Shown: positions 9,061-18,200, counted from the stretch's first letter. The stretch: DNA of 24,000 nt from an uncultured delta proteobacterium (GCA_963719015.1 CAVRBA010000028.1:5787-29786); one strand, 5' to 3'. Notes: generated by a model from the sequence alone, not told the origin. Translations and numbers: made by a program.

Positions 9061-10443
9061 TCAGCCGGCAACATCGGTCGCCTTGGCCCCTTCATATTTT
9101 TTCAACTTCTTGTGCAGGGTTTTACGGGTGATACCGAGGCGCCGGGCGGCCTCGCTCTTGTTACCCTCAACCATTTCAAGGGTCTTGAGGATGGTTTCCC
9201 GTTCGACCGCCTCCAGCGATTCCGGAATCCCTGCCTCCGCAGCATGACCGGCTACCGCCGGTGGTGGCTGTTCGCCGGGCAGCCGCAGGTCGGGTGCGTC
9301 AAGAAGTTGACCACGGGCCAACACAACCCCTCTTTCGACCGCGTTCATCAATTCTCTCACGTTTCCCGGCCATTCATGCCTCAACACCGCATCCAGCGCC
9401 TGGGGCGTGAAGCCTTCGATCATCTTGCTGTTTTTAGCGGCAAACAATTCAAGGTAATGCTGGGCCAGCAGGGGAATATCGTCCCTTCTGCTGCGCAGCG
9501 GCGGCAAGGTGAGGCCGACCACGTTCAGTCGGTAATAGAGATCCTCCCGAAATTCACCCCGTCGGAGCAGATCTTCCAGGTTTTTATTGGTGGCGCAAAT
9601 CACCCGGACATCCACCGGCAGCGGCACTTCACCACCGACCCGGATCACCTCCCGCTCCTGCAGGACCCGCAGCAGCTTGACCTGCATGGTAACCGACATC
9701 TCGCTGACCTCGTCAAGGAAGAGGCTGCCACCATCGGCCTGTACAAAACAGCCTTCTTTTCGGCGTTCGGCACCGGTGAAAGCGCCTTTCTCATGACCAA
9801 ACAGTTCCGATTCGAGAAGAGTCTCGGTCAACGCGGCACAGTTGATCTTGACAAAGGGGCCGTCCTTTCGATGACTGTTGAAGTGGAGCGCGCCGGCAAT
9901 CAATTCCTTGCCCGTTCCGGATTCGCCTGTAATCAGCACGGTGGCCTCAGACGGTGCAACCTGTGCTACGGATTCCAGCAGCCGGACCATGGATGGGCTC
10001 CTTCCGATGATGTTGCGCCGGTCGAAGTGTTTTCCAATGGTTTCCTTCAACATGCGGTTTTCGGCCTTCAACTGAATGTGTTCGACGGCCCGGCCGATGA
10101 TTAGTTTCAGCTTGTCGAAATCGAGCGGCTTGGTCAGGTAATCGTAAGCGCCTTTCTTCAGAGCCGCCACAGCGGTCTCAACCGATGAGAAGGCGGTCAT
10201 GATGATAACCGGGATGGCCGGATTGTAGGCTTTGATTCTCTCGAGCGCTTCGAGACCGGACACTTTCAGCATCCGCACATCCATGAGAATCAAATCGAAA
10301 TATCTTTCCCGCACACTTTCGACAGCCGACTGGCCGTCATCGGCTTCAAACACCACGTAACCCCATTGACTCAAAAGGGTCTGCAGCATGGTGCGGTGGG
10401 CGACATCGTCATCGACCACAAGGATTGGATTGCCTTCGCTCAT
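9061..10443 (-). CDS. Sigma-54-dependent response regulator (NtrC/ZraR/AtoC family)
   Basis: The protein has a REC domain (ILVVDDD...DLILMDVRM), an AAA+ domain with Walker A GESGTGKE and the GAFTGA sigma-54 contact motif, and a Fis-type HTH at the C-terminus. The true start is ATG 10443 (MSEGNPILVVDD); the longer ORF-track N-terminus overlaps the kinase gene. Confidence 0.92.
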   Translation of the reverse strand: MSEGNPILVVDDDVAHRTMLQTLLSQWGYVVFEADDGQSAVESVRERYFDLILMDVRMLKVSGLEALERIKAYNPAIPVIIMTAFSSVETAVAALKKGAYDYLTKPLDFDKLKLIIGRAVEHIQLKAENRMLKETIGKHFDRRNIIGRSPSMVRLLESVAQVAPSEATVLITGESGTGKELIAGALHFNSHRKDGPFVKINCAALTETLLESELFGHEKGAFTGAERRKEGCFVQADGGSLFLDEVSEMSVTMQVKLLRVLQEREVIRVGGEVPLPVDVRVICATNKNLEDLLRRGEFREDLYYRLNVVGLTLPPLRSRRDDIPLLAQHYLELFAAKNSKMIEGFTPQALDAVLRHEWPGNVRELMNAVERGVVLARGQLLDAPDLRLPGEQPPPAVAGHAAEAGIPESLEAVERETILKTLEMVEGNKSEAARRLGITRKTLHKKLKKYEGAKATDVAG

Positions 10444-10454
10444 CGAATGTCTCT

Positions 10455-12213
10455 CTATCCAGTAAGTGGAACCCGGAGGGTGAATGTTGTCCCCTGCCCG
10501 GCAGGACTCGCCACATCGATTCTTCCGCCGTGGGCATCGACGATATTGTGGGCGATCGCCAGACCCAGACCGGTTCCGGTTGACTTGGTGGTATAGTAAG
10601 GGTCGAAAACTTTGGATAAATTCTGTGCGGGGATGCCATGACCGGTGTCGGCAACGCGGATGATGATCCAACGCCCCTCTTCATCCTTATCCGCATCGAC
10701 GGTCAGACGGCCACCGGATTCCATGGCCTCCAGTGCATTCAGAAATAGATTCAACAGGACCTGGTTGATCCGGTCCGTGTCGAGGGAGGCTTCGCGCAGT
10801 CTCTCGGCGGTATGCCATTCGACATGGATTTCCTTCTCATTCGCCTGGGCTTCCACCAGTTTAAGGGCATCTGCGATCAGCTGCGGAACCGACACCTTTT
10901 TCGGAATGATTTTGATCGGCCGGGCAAAATCGAGCAACTGGCCGATCACCCGGTTTAGTCGATCGACCTCCTGAATCATGATCCCGGCGATCTGCTGATC
11001 CTCTGGTTTGTCACGGTGGCGCTCCTTGAAATAAGTGGCAAACCCCTTGATGGAGCTAAGGGGATTGCGAACCTCGTGAGCCACTCCGGCTGCCAAACGC
11101 CCCACGGACGCCAGGCGTTGGTTACGAAGTATTTCTTTGCGAAGCGAGTGGACCTCCCGCAGATCCTTGAGAAGCAGAACAAATCCGAGAAAATGCTTTT
11201 CGCCATCGTGCAAGGGACTGGCGCTGAATGACAGGGGAAGGCGATCTCCACTTTCGAGAAGACAGTCGATTTCTCTCTCGATCACATCGCCGGTCGGTGA
11301 CATCCTTTCGATCTCGCCGAAGTATTTCACCCGGCAATACATCTGCGGCAGCACGTCCAATGACCAGATCCGGTGCAAAACCGAGAATCGACTGCGCCAC
11401 CTGGTTGAACGAGGCGATTTGACGCCGATCATCGAGAGCAATCAACCCGATGGGCATGTTTTCGACCAGATTGTCCGAAAAGGCCTTTATTCGGTCTAAC
11501 GACGCACGGGTGGACCGGTAACCCTGGGTCAAGAAAAGCAGCAGTATGCCGGACACGCACACCAACAGCAAAACGACCGCCATCACGATCGTGTGGCGGG
11601 AATCGGCCAGTTGAGCGGCAAGGATGGCGGAATTGTCGAGCCCCACAAAAATGAACTGCGGTGCCTGGGAATTCCGTTGACCCATCGGAAACGCCGGCAT
11701 CGTGTGCGGTGGTACCCCTTTTCTGCCTGGCATCCGCCCCCAAGGAGGTCCGGAGGGATCAAATCGTCGATACACCTCAAAAGACTCACGCCCGTCAACC
11801 GACTTAACCCGCCGCCATTGTACCGATTGTGTTTGGAATATCTGGTCGAAATCGAGGTCGCGACCATACGTCTGACCGACTTGGGTGAGATCGCTGTGGG
11901 CAAGAATGGCCCCGCGGGCATCGGTAACCATTAGATAAATGATGTCAGGTTGCTGCGCCGTTTCGGATAGCAGGTGCTGGAGTTTGAAACCACCCATCAT
12001 ATGGCCCATCATTCCGGTCCGGGCTCCGGCCTCGAAAGAACGGATCAGCGCTGCGCCTTCTTCTACGAGCAACCGGACGGTGTTTTCCTTTTGCCGGTTT
12101 ATGTTCTCAACAGTCAGAACGGTAAAGACCGGAATCAGTATGAGAACCGTTCCGATGAAGATCCAGACCGGTACACCGGTCCAGAGCCGGTTCATTTTTT
12201 TTGATATTTGCAT
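10455..12213 (-). pseudogene. Sensor histidine kinase (ZraS/AtoS-like: TM-periplasmic-TM-PAS-HisKA-HATPase_c) split by a +1 frameshift near 11330
   Basis: ORF 11122-12243 encodes TM1, the periplasmic domain, TM2 and the first half of a PAS domain up to ...GRAAADVLP, then becomes Arg-rich nonsense. ORF 10455-11441 (the +1 frame) becomes sensible at ...VKYFGEIERM, then continues through the H-box AHEVRNPL and the N, G1 and G2 boxes. Candidate starts are ATG 12213 or ATG 12195. The TTG at 12243 lies inside the promoter. Confidence 0.8.
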
Positions 12214-12226
12214 GGATTGTATGCGA

Positions 12227-12242
12227 AGCAAATCCGGTGCCA
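12227..12242 (-). promoter_or_regulatory. Sigma-54 (-24/-12) promoter in front of the kinase/regulator operon
   Basis: The minus strand reads TGGCAC-CGGAT-TTGCT, an exact match to the TGGCAC-N5-TTGCW consensus. The predicted TSS near 12216 lies just upstream of the candidate kinase start codons. Confidence 0.65.
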
Positions 12243-12612
12243 ACCACAGAAACCGTGTAAGGGATACCGTTTAGTCCAGAGATTTTATGAGCTCTTCGAG
12301 TGAGCAATCCCGGCCGGTTGTACCCGTCTCCAACCGGGATTCTGATTCTGAATAAAAATAGGGGCGACTGGAGATTTTGGCAACAGAAGGGTGTAACTTT
12401 TTTACCCGTAGCAAAAGGGGATAAGGCCTAAAAATGTATATTTATTACCCATAGTGGTGAGAATGGTCGTTGGAATTTCTGTAACACTTGATGGTACGAT
12501 CGAGTATCCAATTTATAAATCAGAATTCATTTTACTGGGAAGGCCGCAGAATAAAAGCCTGGCCGATAACACCGCCCCGGGGCAAAAGAGTCATTTATGG
12601 ATGGATACTGGC

Positions 12613-13230
12613 CTAATCGAGGAGATTTTTAACTGCCAGGAAGGTCAAAAATAGCGAAGTAACCAGGCCGATGATGCCAAAGACCGTCGGCCGCCGAAAT
12701 ACAAGGGCATCCACGTTCTCGAAGGGGCGATCCAATTTATCCCACAGCGGTTTGGTCACAAACCAGGTGTCCACCCGCTTTTCGATCTGCCGCATTTGCT
12801 CGGGGCTGAACAACAAGATCGATCCAATCAGCATGCCGATCACGCCGGCAATTTTACCGATCAAGGCCATGGAGCTGAAAAGGATCTCATCGATAGTATT
12901 GAATTCTCTGTCAGCGAAAAATACTTTCAGGAAGCCATCAACATCGAGACGATAGAATAAAAACACCAGAATAAACGCCGAGGCGACCATCAGGCAGACC
13001 CCGGAAATGATGTTGTGGCGGTAGATCAGGTTGTCGGTCGGAATATCTCTATCGACGAAGTGCGTTATTTTTGAGTCAATGTCCACCGCGCGGTTCAAAA
13101 TCGCGCTGTGTTTTTAAAGCCTCAGCGGTGCAAGCAGCAAAAGCAGGGAAAGGAACACACCGATAGCACCGACGACCAGAGTAAAAATCTCGATCGCTTG
13201 AAGGAAAATTTCTCCAAAAAATTTTTCCAT
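12613..13230 (-). pseudogene. Multi-pass membrane protein of unknown family interrupted by one in-frame TAA (13114-13116), or alternatively a 38-aa TM peptide plus a TTG-initiated 161-aa protein
   Basis: AGGAG lies 9 nt upstream of ATG 13230. The frame reads MEKFFGEIFLQAIEIFTLVVGAIGVFLSLLLLLAPLRL-TAA-KHSAILNRAVDIDSK..., continuing in the same frame into the ORF-track protein. That protein otherwise has only a TTG start and no RBS. Confidence 0.55.
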
Positions 13231-13478
13231 CCACCAGTCTCCTGAATGTCGTTGATGCCGCTGCGCCTTTTTTCGAGAGCATGACCGGGGCGGTTTCCCG
13301 ATCGGCGAAAAATGGGGATTTAGTGTCAGTTATTATACAGGGGAAGCGGCACGCTCGCAAGGTGTTTCCCCAGCCATCCGGCAGCGCATCGGTCCGGCGG
13401 TGGCAGAAGCGCCTGGTTACTGAATCTCAAACCCAACTGATCGTGCACAAATAAAACGATTCCGTTCGATTTCCCTAC

Positions 13479-13508
13479 TTGACTCTTTTCGGGCCGGTTC
13501 ACTATAAG
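13479..13508 (+). promoter_or_regulatory. Putative sigma-70 promoter for the LUD-domain gene
   Basis: TTGACT (13479-13484), an 18-nt spacer, then TATAAG (13503-13508), about 85 nt upstream of ATG 13595. Confidence 0.4.
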
Positions 13509-13594
13509 GTGTCCATGGGCAATAGTGAATAATCTGCATTCAGACACTCAACATTTGCAACACCACTTAATTTTACCGGCGAAAGGACGGAATT

Positions 13595-14252
13595 ATGAGC
13601 ACCAGCCCCATAGACACTTACTGGAAAATCCGTCTGGGAGCGCTGAAGAAGGCGCTGGAAGCGAACAATTTCGAAGCATACGTGTGTGGTGATGCAGCCG
13701 AGGCAAAAAAGCTGGTCATAGGAACGATCCTATCGGTGGTGAAACCCGCCAGCATATCCTGGGGCGGCTCGATGACCTTCTCTGCCTCCGGTCTCTATGA
13801 CGACCCTCAAGGCCCGACCGGGCATCGAGATCCTCGATACATTCGACAAAACGATACCGGCAGATGAGATGCTGGAGCGCCGGCGTCGGTCTCTGCTGGT
13901 GGATCTCTTTTTCAGCGGCACGAATGCTGTTACCGAAACTGGTCAACTCGTCAATCTCGATATGATCGGAAACCGGATCGGCGGGATAACGTTTGGACCC
14001 AAACATGTCGTGATCCTGGTCGGCCGCAACAAGATCGTCTCCGATCTTGAAGAAGCCCTCTATCGCATCAAAAACTATGCGGCACCGGTCAACGTTATGC
14101 GATTGGGAAAAAATACGCCTTGCCGCAAGACCGCCATATGTGATGAATGCAAGAGCCCCGATCGGATCTGCAACACGTGGACCATCACCGAAAAATCATT
14201 TCCAAAAGGTCGGATCAAGGTGGTTCTGATCAACGAAGAACTGGGGTACTAA
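13595..14252 (+). pseudogene. LUD-domain (DUF162, lactate-utilisation LutC/YkgG-like) protein split by a +1 frameshift near 13804-13806
   Basis: ORF 13595-13867 gives the family N-terminus up to ...ISWGGSMTFSASGLYDD. ORF 13797-14252 (the +1 frame) continues with LKARPGIEILD...NAVTETGQLVNLDMIGNRIGG...GPKHVVILVGRNKIV...RIKNYAAPVN...TPC...C.EC..PDRIC. Joined, the two pieces make one normal-length protein. Confidence 0.8.
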
Positions 14253-14360
14253 ACCTGATTTTTTGAAGCGCATTCGCGCTGGTTGCATGGGCATACATTT
14301 AGCGCGGCTGTAGTCGGGTAACAGCAAGCCCTGTGGACGGCGCCCCTGTCGCCTTTTTGC

Positions 14361-14390
14361 TTGACATGTGCCTCGCCAGACCTTAATCAT
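14361..14390 (+). promoter_or_regulatory. Putative sigma-70 promoter of the thi operon leader
   Basis: A perfect TTGACA (14361-14366) is followed 17-18 nt later by TAATCAT, immediately upstream of the riboswitch. The -10 element is weak. Confidence 0.4.
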
Positions 14391-14399
14391 CTTCAGTGT

Positions 14400-14500
14400 A
14401 CGCCTTGAAGCGTGGGGTGGCCGCATGAAGCGCGGCCTGAGATGATACCCTTCGAACCTGACCTGGGTAATACCAGCGTAGGGAAACGACACTACATACC
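14400..14500 (+). promoter_or_regulatory. TPP (THI-box) riboswitch
   Basis: GCGTGGGGTGGCCGC...GCGGCCTGAGATGATACCCTTCGAACCTGACCTGGGTAATACCAGCGTAGGGAAACG contains the conserved GGGGUG, CUGAGA, ACCC..GAACCUGA.CUGG.UAAUACCAGCG.AGGGAA elements. It lies upstream of thiamine salvage and biosynthesis genes. Confidence 0.88.
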
Positions 14501-14523
14501 AATTCTCGGAACTGAACCTGTAT

Positions 14524-14555
14524 GCCGTTTCCCCATGGGAACGGCTCTTTTTTTT
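14524..14555 (+). terminator. Rho-independent terminator serving as the riboswitch expression platform
   Basis: GCCGTTTCC-CCAT-GGGAACGGC forms a 9-bp stem including one G-U pair. It is followed by TC and a T8 run (14548-14555), then an unusual G7 run. Confidence 0.7.
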
Positions 14556-14664
14556 GGGGGGGAGCATCCCCTTCCCGGTCCATTCAGCCTATACCGGAAC
14601 TGACGGTCAGCAAAAGGTAGTTCTCAATTTAAATATCAACATTAATATAAACAGGAGTCGCACC

Positions 14665-15474
14665 ATGGAGAATTTGCCGGCACAGGCCGCGCGGAACCTG
14701 GCAGAGATCCGGAAGCAGAAGCCGCTGGTCCACAACATCACCAACCTGGTTGTCATGAATTACACGGCCAATGCACTGCTGGCCATGGGGGCTTCGCCCG
14801 TTATGGCTCATGCCATCAGCGAAGTAGAGGAAATGGTCTCCTTTGCCGGGGCGCTGGTATTGAACATTGGCACTCTGACCGAAGACTGGGTCGAATCGAT
14901 GCTCACCGCCGGAAAAAAGGCGACCGCACTGGGCACTCCGATCATTCTCGACCCGGTCGGATCCGGCGCAACCAGCTTGCGGACGGTATCGGCTAAAAAA
15001 ATCCTGTCGCAGGTCGGCGTCGGCGTTCTCCGGGGTAACGCCTCCGAAATTCTTTCCCTGCGGCATGCCGACTCCCGCACAAAAGGCGTCGATTCGATCC
15101 ATGGTGTCGAAGATGCCGCCCAAGCAGCCGAAACGTTGGCGGTCGAATTGGCCACAACTCTCGCGATAACCGGACCTGTCGACCTCGTCACCGACGGTGA
15201 GCGAACGGTTCGGATCGCCAACGGTCATCCGCTAATGGCCAGTGTTACCGGAACAGGCTGCACGGCTACCGCGACGATCGGTGCTTTTTTAGCGGTCGAC
15301 CCGGATCCGCTAAGCGCCGCCGCAACGGCCCTGGCCTACTTTGGGGTGGCCGGAGAAGTAGCGGCAGAGACTGCCGCAGCGCCGGGCAGCTTCATGATCA
15401 AGCTGCTGGATGCCCTCTACACGATTACACCCGAAGATTTGCAGCACTGTTGCCGATTTGTAAACGGGCAATAG
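14665..15474 (+). CDS. thiM: Hydroxyethylthiazole kinase ThiM
   Basis: Starts MENLPAQAARNLAEIRKQKPLVHNITNLVVMNYTANALLAMGASPVMA... AGGAG lies 8 nt upstream of ATG 14665. The longer ORF-track start would run through the terminator. Confidence 0.9.
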   Translation: MENLPAQAARNLAEIRKQKPLVHNITNLVVMNYTANALLAMGASPVMAHAISEVEEMVSFAGALVLNIGTLTEDWVESMLTAGKKATALGTPIILDPVGSGATSLRTVSAKKILSQVGVGVLRGNASEILSLRHADSRTKGVDSIHGVEDAAQAAETLAVELATTLAITGPVDLVTDGERTVRIANGHPLMASVTGTGCTATATIGAFLAVDPDPLSAAATALAYFGVAGEVAAETAAAPGSFMIKLLDALYTITPEDLQHCCRFVNGQ

Positions 15475-15545
15475 TATCATGCCGCCGCTGCCGAGCAGAC
15501 ACGCGAATCAGCCGGGAAATCATTCACTACCGGGACGTTTCCACC

Positions 15546-16196
15546 ATGAAACCGGAAAACATCGATTACAGCCTATATCTGGTGACAGACAGAGGCCTTT
15601 CCCGCGGTCGATCGACCCGCGAGATTGTTGAATCAGCCGTTCGTGGCGGTGTCACTTGCGTGCAACTCAGGGAGAAAACAGCCACCACACGAGAGTTTAT
15701 CCACGAGGTCCAGGGGATAAAGGATCTATTGGCATCCCTGCACATTCCCCTGATCATCAATGATCGGCTGGATGTGGCCCTGGCCGTTGGAGCCGAAGGC
15801 GTTCACCTGGGGCAAAAAGACATGCCCCTTGAGATGGCCAGGACCATTTCAAAAGGACGGATGCTCATCGGTATATCGGTCGAATCCGTCGAAGATGCCA
15901 TAGCGGCGGAAAAGGGCGGGGCGGATTATCTCGGTGTCAGCCCTATCTATAAAACACTAACCAAGACCGACACGGCACCGGCCCTCGGTTTGGAGGGTCT
16001 TGCGGAAATCCGTCGGATCGTGAAGCTCCCGTTGGTCGCCATCGGAGGCTTGAATCGGGACAATACCGCTGCCGTCATCTGCAACGGTGCCGACGGTGTG
16101 GCGGTGGTCTCGGCCCTTGTCGCCGCCGAAGATCCGGAACGGGCAGCTCGACGGCTGATGCACGTCATTCAAAAGGCCAGAAAAAGATGCGTCTGA
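15546..16196 (+). CDS. thiE: Thiamine-phosphate synthase ThiE
   Basis: Starts MKPENIDYSLYLVTDRGLS...VQLREK...INDRLDVALAVGAEGVHLGQ.D...GGL, typical ThiE blocks. The start was chosen at the ATG that restores the family N-terminus. Confidence 0.9.
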   Translation: MKPENIDYSLYLVTDRGLSRGRSTREIVESAVRGGVTCVQLREKTATTREFIHEVQGIKDLLASLHIPLIINDRLDVALAVGAEGVHLGQKDMPLEMARTISKGRMLIGISVESVEDAIAAEKGGADYLGVSPIYKTLTKTDTAPALGLEGLAEIRRIVKLPLVAIGGLNRDNTAAVICNGADGVAVVSALVAAEDPERAARRLMHVIQKARKRCV

Positions 16197-17200
16197 AAGA
16201 AATCGGAGAGTTCGGTTTTATTGACCGTATCAGCCGGGGGTGTTTAATCCAGCCGAAAGGGATCGTCAAGGCCATCGGTGACGACGCGGCTGCTTTTCGG
16301 ACCGAGGCCGGCCACCTGACGCTTGTGACCACTGACCTTCTGGTGGAGCGCGTCCACTTTCTACGAGATGCCACCAGTGGCTTCAATCTCGGGTATAAGG
16401 CCCTGGCCGTCAACCTGAGCGACATCGCCGCCATGGGCGGAACAGCCGGTAACGCGTTTGTCAGCATCGCTATCCCGGAAAACTGCACTCTCGCCGAACT
16501 CGAGGACATCTACCGGGGGATGAAATCTCTGGCCGCCCCTTACAAGGTCAATATCCTCGGCGGTGATACCACACGTTCCACCCGCGACCTGATTATCAAC
16601 CTCACTGTAACCGGCACGGTTTTGGAAAGTGAAATCCTTTATCGTGACACCGCCAAGGCCGGAGACGTGATTTTAACGGACGGATTTCTCGGTGATAGCC
16701 GCGCGGGACTCCACCTGCTACTGAACCGGATCAAAGCGGACAAACCCTACCTCGAAGCCCTTCTGAATGCACATCTTCTGCCGCGCCCCCGTCTGCACGA
16801 GGGCCGCTTTCTGGCCCGCCGGCCAGGTGTTCATGCCGCCATAGATGTCAGTGACGGTCTCAGTTCCGACCTCGGTCACATCCTGCGCGAAAGCAAGGTC
16901 GGTGCACGCCTTTTCGGTGATCGGATACCGCTCTCCCCGGCCCTGGAGCAATTCTGCCGTCACCTGGGATTCGATCCCGTCAACCATGCTCTGGCCGGAG
17001 GAGAAGATTACACGCTTCTCGTGACAGTCGATCCAGCTGACGCCGACGCACTTGTCAGGGATTTCGACGAAACTTTTCACCGTCCGCTTTTCCGAATCGG
17101 TGAAATAACCGACACCAAGTCCTTCGAGCTGATTGAAACTGACGGCGAGACGCGAACTATCGCTCCCACAGGTTGGGATCACTTCAAAAAGGAGTCATGA
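16187..17200 (+). CDS. thiL: Thiamine-monophosphate kinase ThiL
   Basis: The 337-aa ORF starts MRLKEIGEFGFIDRI...IGDDAA...TTD.LVE.VHF and has an AIR-synthase-like fold pattern. It overlaps the thiE stop by 10 nt. Confidence 0.9.
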   Translation: MRLKEIGEFGFIDRISRGCLIQPKGIVKAIGDDAAAFRTEAGHLTLVTTDLLVERVHFLRDATSGFNLGYKALAVNLSDIAAMGGTAGNAFVSIAIPENCTLAELEDIYRGMKSLAAPYKVNILGGDTTRSTRDLIINLTVTGTVLESEILYRDTAKAGDVILTDGFLGDSRAGLHLLLNRIKADKPYLEALLNAHLLPRPRLHEGRFLARRPGVHAAIDVSDGLSSDLGHILRESKVGARLFGDRIPLSPALEQFCRHLGFDPVNHALAGGEDYTLLVTVDPADADALVRDFDETFHRPLFRIGEITDTKSFELIETDGETRTIAPTGWDHFKKES

Positions 17201-17203
17201 AAC

Positions 17204-18043
17204 ATGTCAGCGGACAAGAATGGAGCGGCGGTCCACCGCGGTTACACGAGAGTGTTGACTATTGCCGGATCAGACAGTGGCGGCGGGGCTGGGATCCAGG
17301 CCGATCTCAAAACTTTTTCGGCTTTGGGTTGCTATGGAATGTCAGTCATCACGGCATTGACCGCTCAAAATACGATGGGAGTGACGGGTATCCATACGGT
17401 GCCGCCCGCCTTTGCCAACCAACAGATGGCAGCGGTTATCGGCGACATCGGTGTCGATGCCGTTAAAATCGGCATGCTCTATTCTGCTGAATTGATCGAA
17501 TCGGTCGCCGATAGCCTGGTAAAGTACGGTGTGGACACCATCGTTCTCGATCCGGTCATGGTTGCCCAAAGCGGTGACAAATTGTTGCAGGATGAGGCTA
17601 TTGTGGCTCTCAAAAGGACTCTGGTTCCCTTGGCAACGGTGGTAACGCCGAACCTGCCGGAAGCGGAAGTCCTACTGGGGCGCAAAATTGACGGATTAGA
17701 TGGCATGCAGGCGGCTGCCAGAGACTTGGCTAAACTGGGCTGCCGCAGTGTTCTCGTCAAAGGTGGCCACATGCAAACAGCGGATAGCAGCGATGTGTTA
17801 TTTATCGGCAGCGAAAACCGTATCGTGGTCATGCCGGACCGGCGCGTAACGACCCCCAACACCCATGGTACCGGCTGCACATTGTCTTCCGCTATCGCCG
17901 CTCACCTGGCCAAAGGCCTTGATATCGAAGCGGCCGTCCAAAGCGCCAAACAGTATGTTGCCAGTGCGATCCGGGCCGGGGCGGCCTATCGAATCGGACA
18001 AGGCAGCGGACCGGTGCACCACTTTCATGAGTTTTGGGAATAG
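17204..18043 (+). CDS. thiD: Hydroxymethylpyrimidine / phosphomethylpyrimidine kinase ThiD
   Basis: The 279-aa ORF contains VLTIAGSDSGGGAGIQADLKTFSALGCYGMSVITALTAQNT...KGGH...HGTGCTLSSAIAA. Confidence 0.92.
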   Translation: MSADKNGAAVHRGYTRVLTIAGSDSGGGAGIQADLKTFSALGCYGMSVITALTAQNTMGVTGIHTVPPAFANQQMAAVIGDIGVDAVKIGMLYSAELIESVADSLVKYGVDTIVLDPVMVAQSGDKLLQDEAIVALKRTLVPLATVVTPNLPEAEVLLGRKIDGLDGMQAAARDLAKLGCRSVLVKGGHMQTADSSDVLFIGSENRIVVMPDRRVTTPNTHGTGCTLSSAIAAHLAKGLDIEAAVQSAKQYVASAIRAGAAYRIGQGSGPVHHFHEFWE

Positions 18044-18090
18044 AACGAGGATTATAGACAATTGAAGGGTCGCCGGGTTTCTCTCTCACA

Positions 18091-18200
18091 TCTTTATACC
18101 GCTTTTCAAAAATAATATCCGAAATACGGAAGGGTGGTATAAGTAATTGTAGAAAAAAACGTTCGATTAACGGAACGTTTTTTTGACAACCACTAAAATG
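18091..18200 (+). repeat. Left copy of an imperfect inverted repeat of about 108 bp bracketing hgcAB
   Basis: By hand alignment it is roughly four-fifths identical to the reverse complement of 20101-20208. Perfectly shared blocks are GAAGGGTGGTATAAGT, TTGTAGAAAAAA and TTTTTTGACAACCAC. Confidence 0.75.
18153..18187. terminator. Bidirectional rho-independent terminator between the convergent genes thiD and hgcB
   Basis: An A7 run, the hairpin CGTTC-GATTAACG-GAACG, then a T7 run. It can terminate transcription from either direction and lies inside the left repeat copy. Confidence 0.7.

Noticed and set aside
9112-10104. 330-aa plus-strand ORF
   Set aside because: It is a shadow ORF antisense to the clearly real sigma-54 response regulator, with Arg/Gly/Pro-rich low-complexity translation typical of GC-rich antisense frames. 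The same reasoning applies to the long antisense ORFs inside radA (2761-3465, 2886-3515) and hgcA (18510-19058).
10444-10671. 76-codon N-terminal extension of the response-regulator ORF
   Set aside because: The extension overlaps the 3' end of the kinase gene and translates to Arg/His/Pro-rich nonsense. The REC domain begins right at ATG 10443.
12214-12243. TTG start (12243) for the kinase as given in the ORF track
   Set aside because: It lies inside the TGGCAC-N5-TTGCT sigma-54 promoter, upstream of the predicted TSS.
13076-13547. ORFs 13076-13360 (94 aa) and 13326-13547 (73 aa), minus strand
   Set aside because: The first is out of frame over the well-initiated 38-codon TM ORF. The second covers the divergent promoter region. 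Neither has an RBS or protein-like sequence.
11320-13810. Programmed +1 ribosomal frameshifting as an explanation for the kinase and LUD-gene frame changes
   Set aside because: There is no recognisable slippery or hungry-codon context like prfB (no in-frame stop at the shift site and no upstream SD-like stimulator). Both sites are simple C3 runs, so indel or error is more parsimonious.
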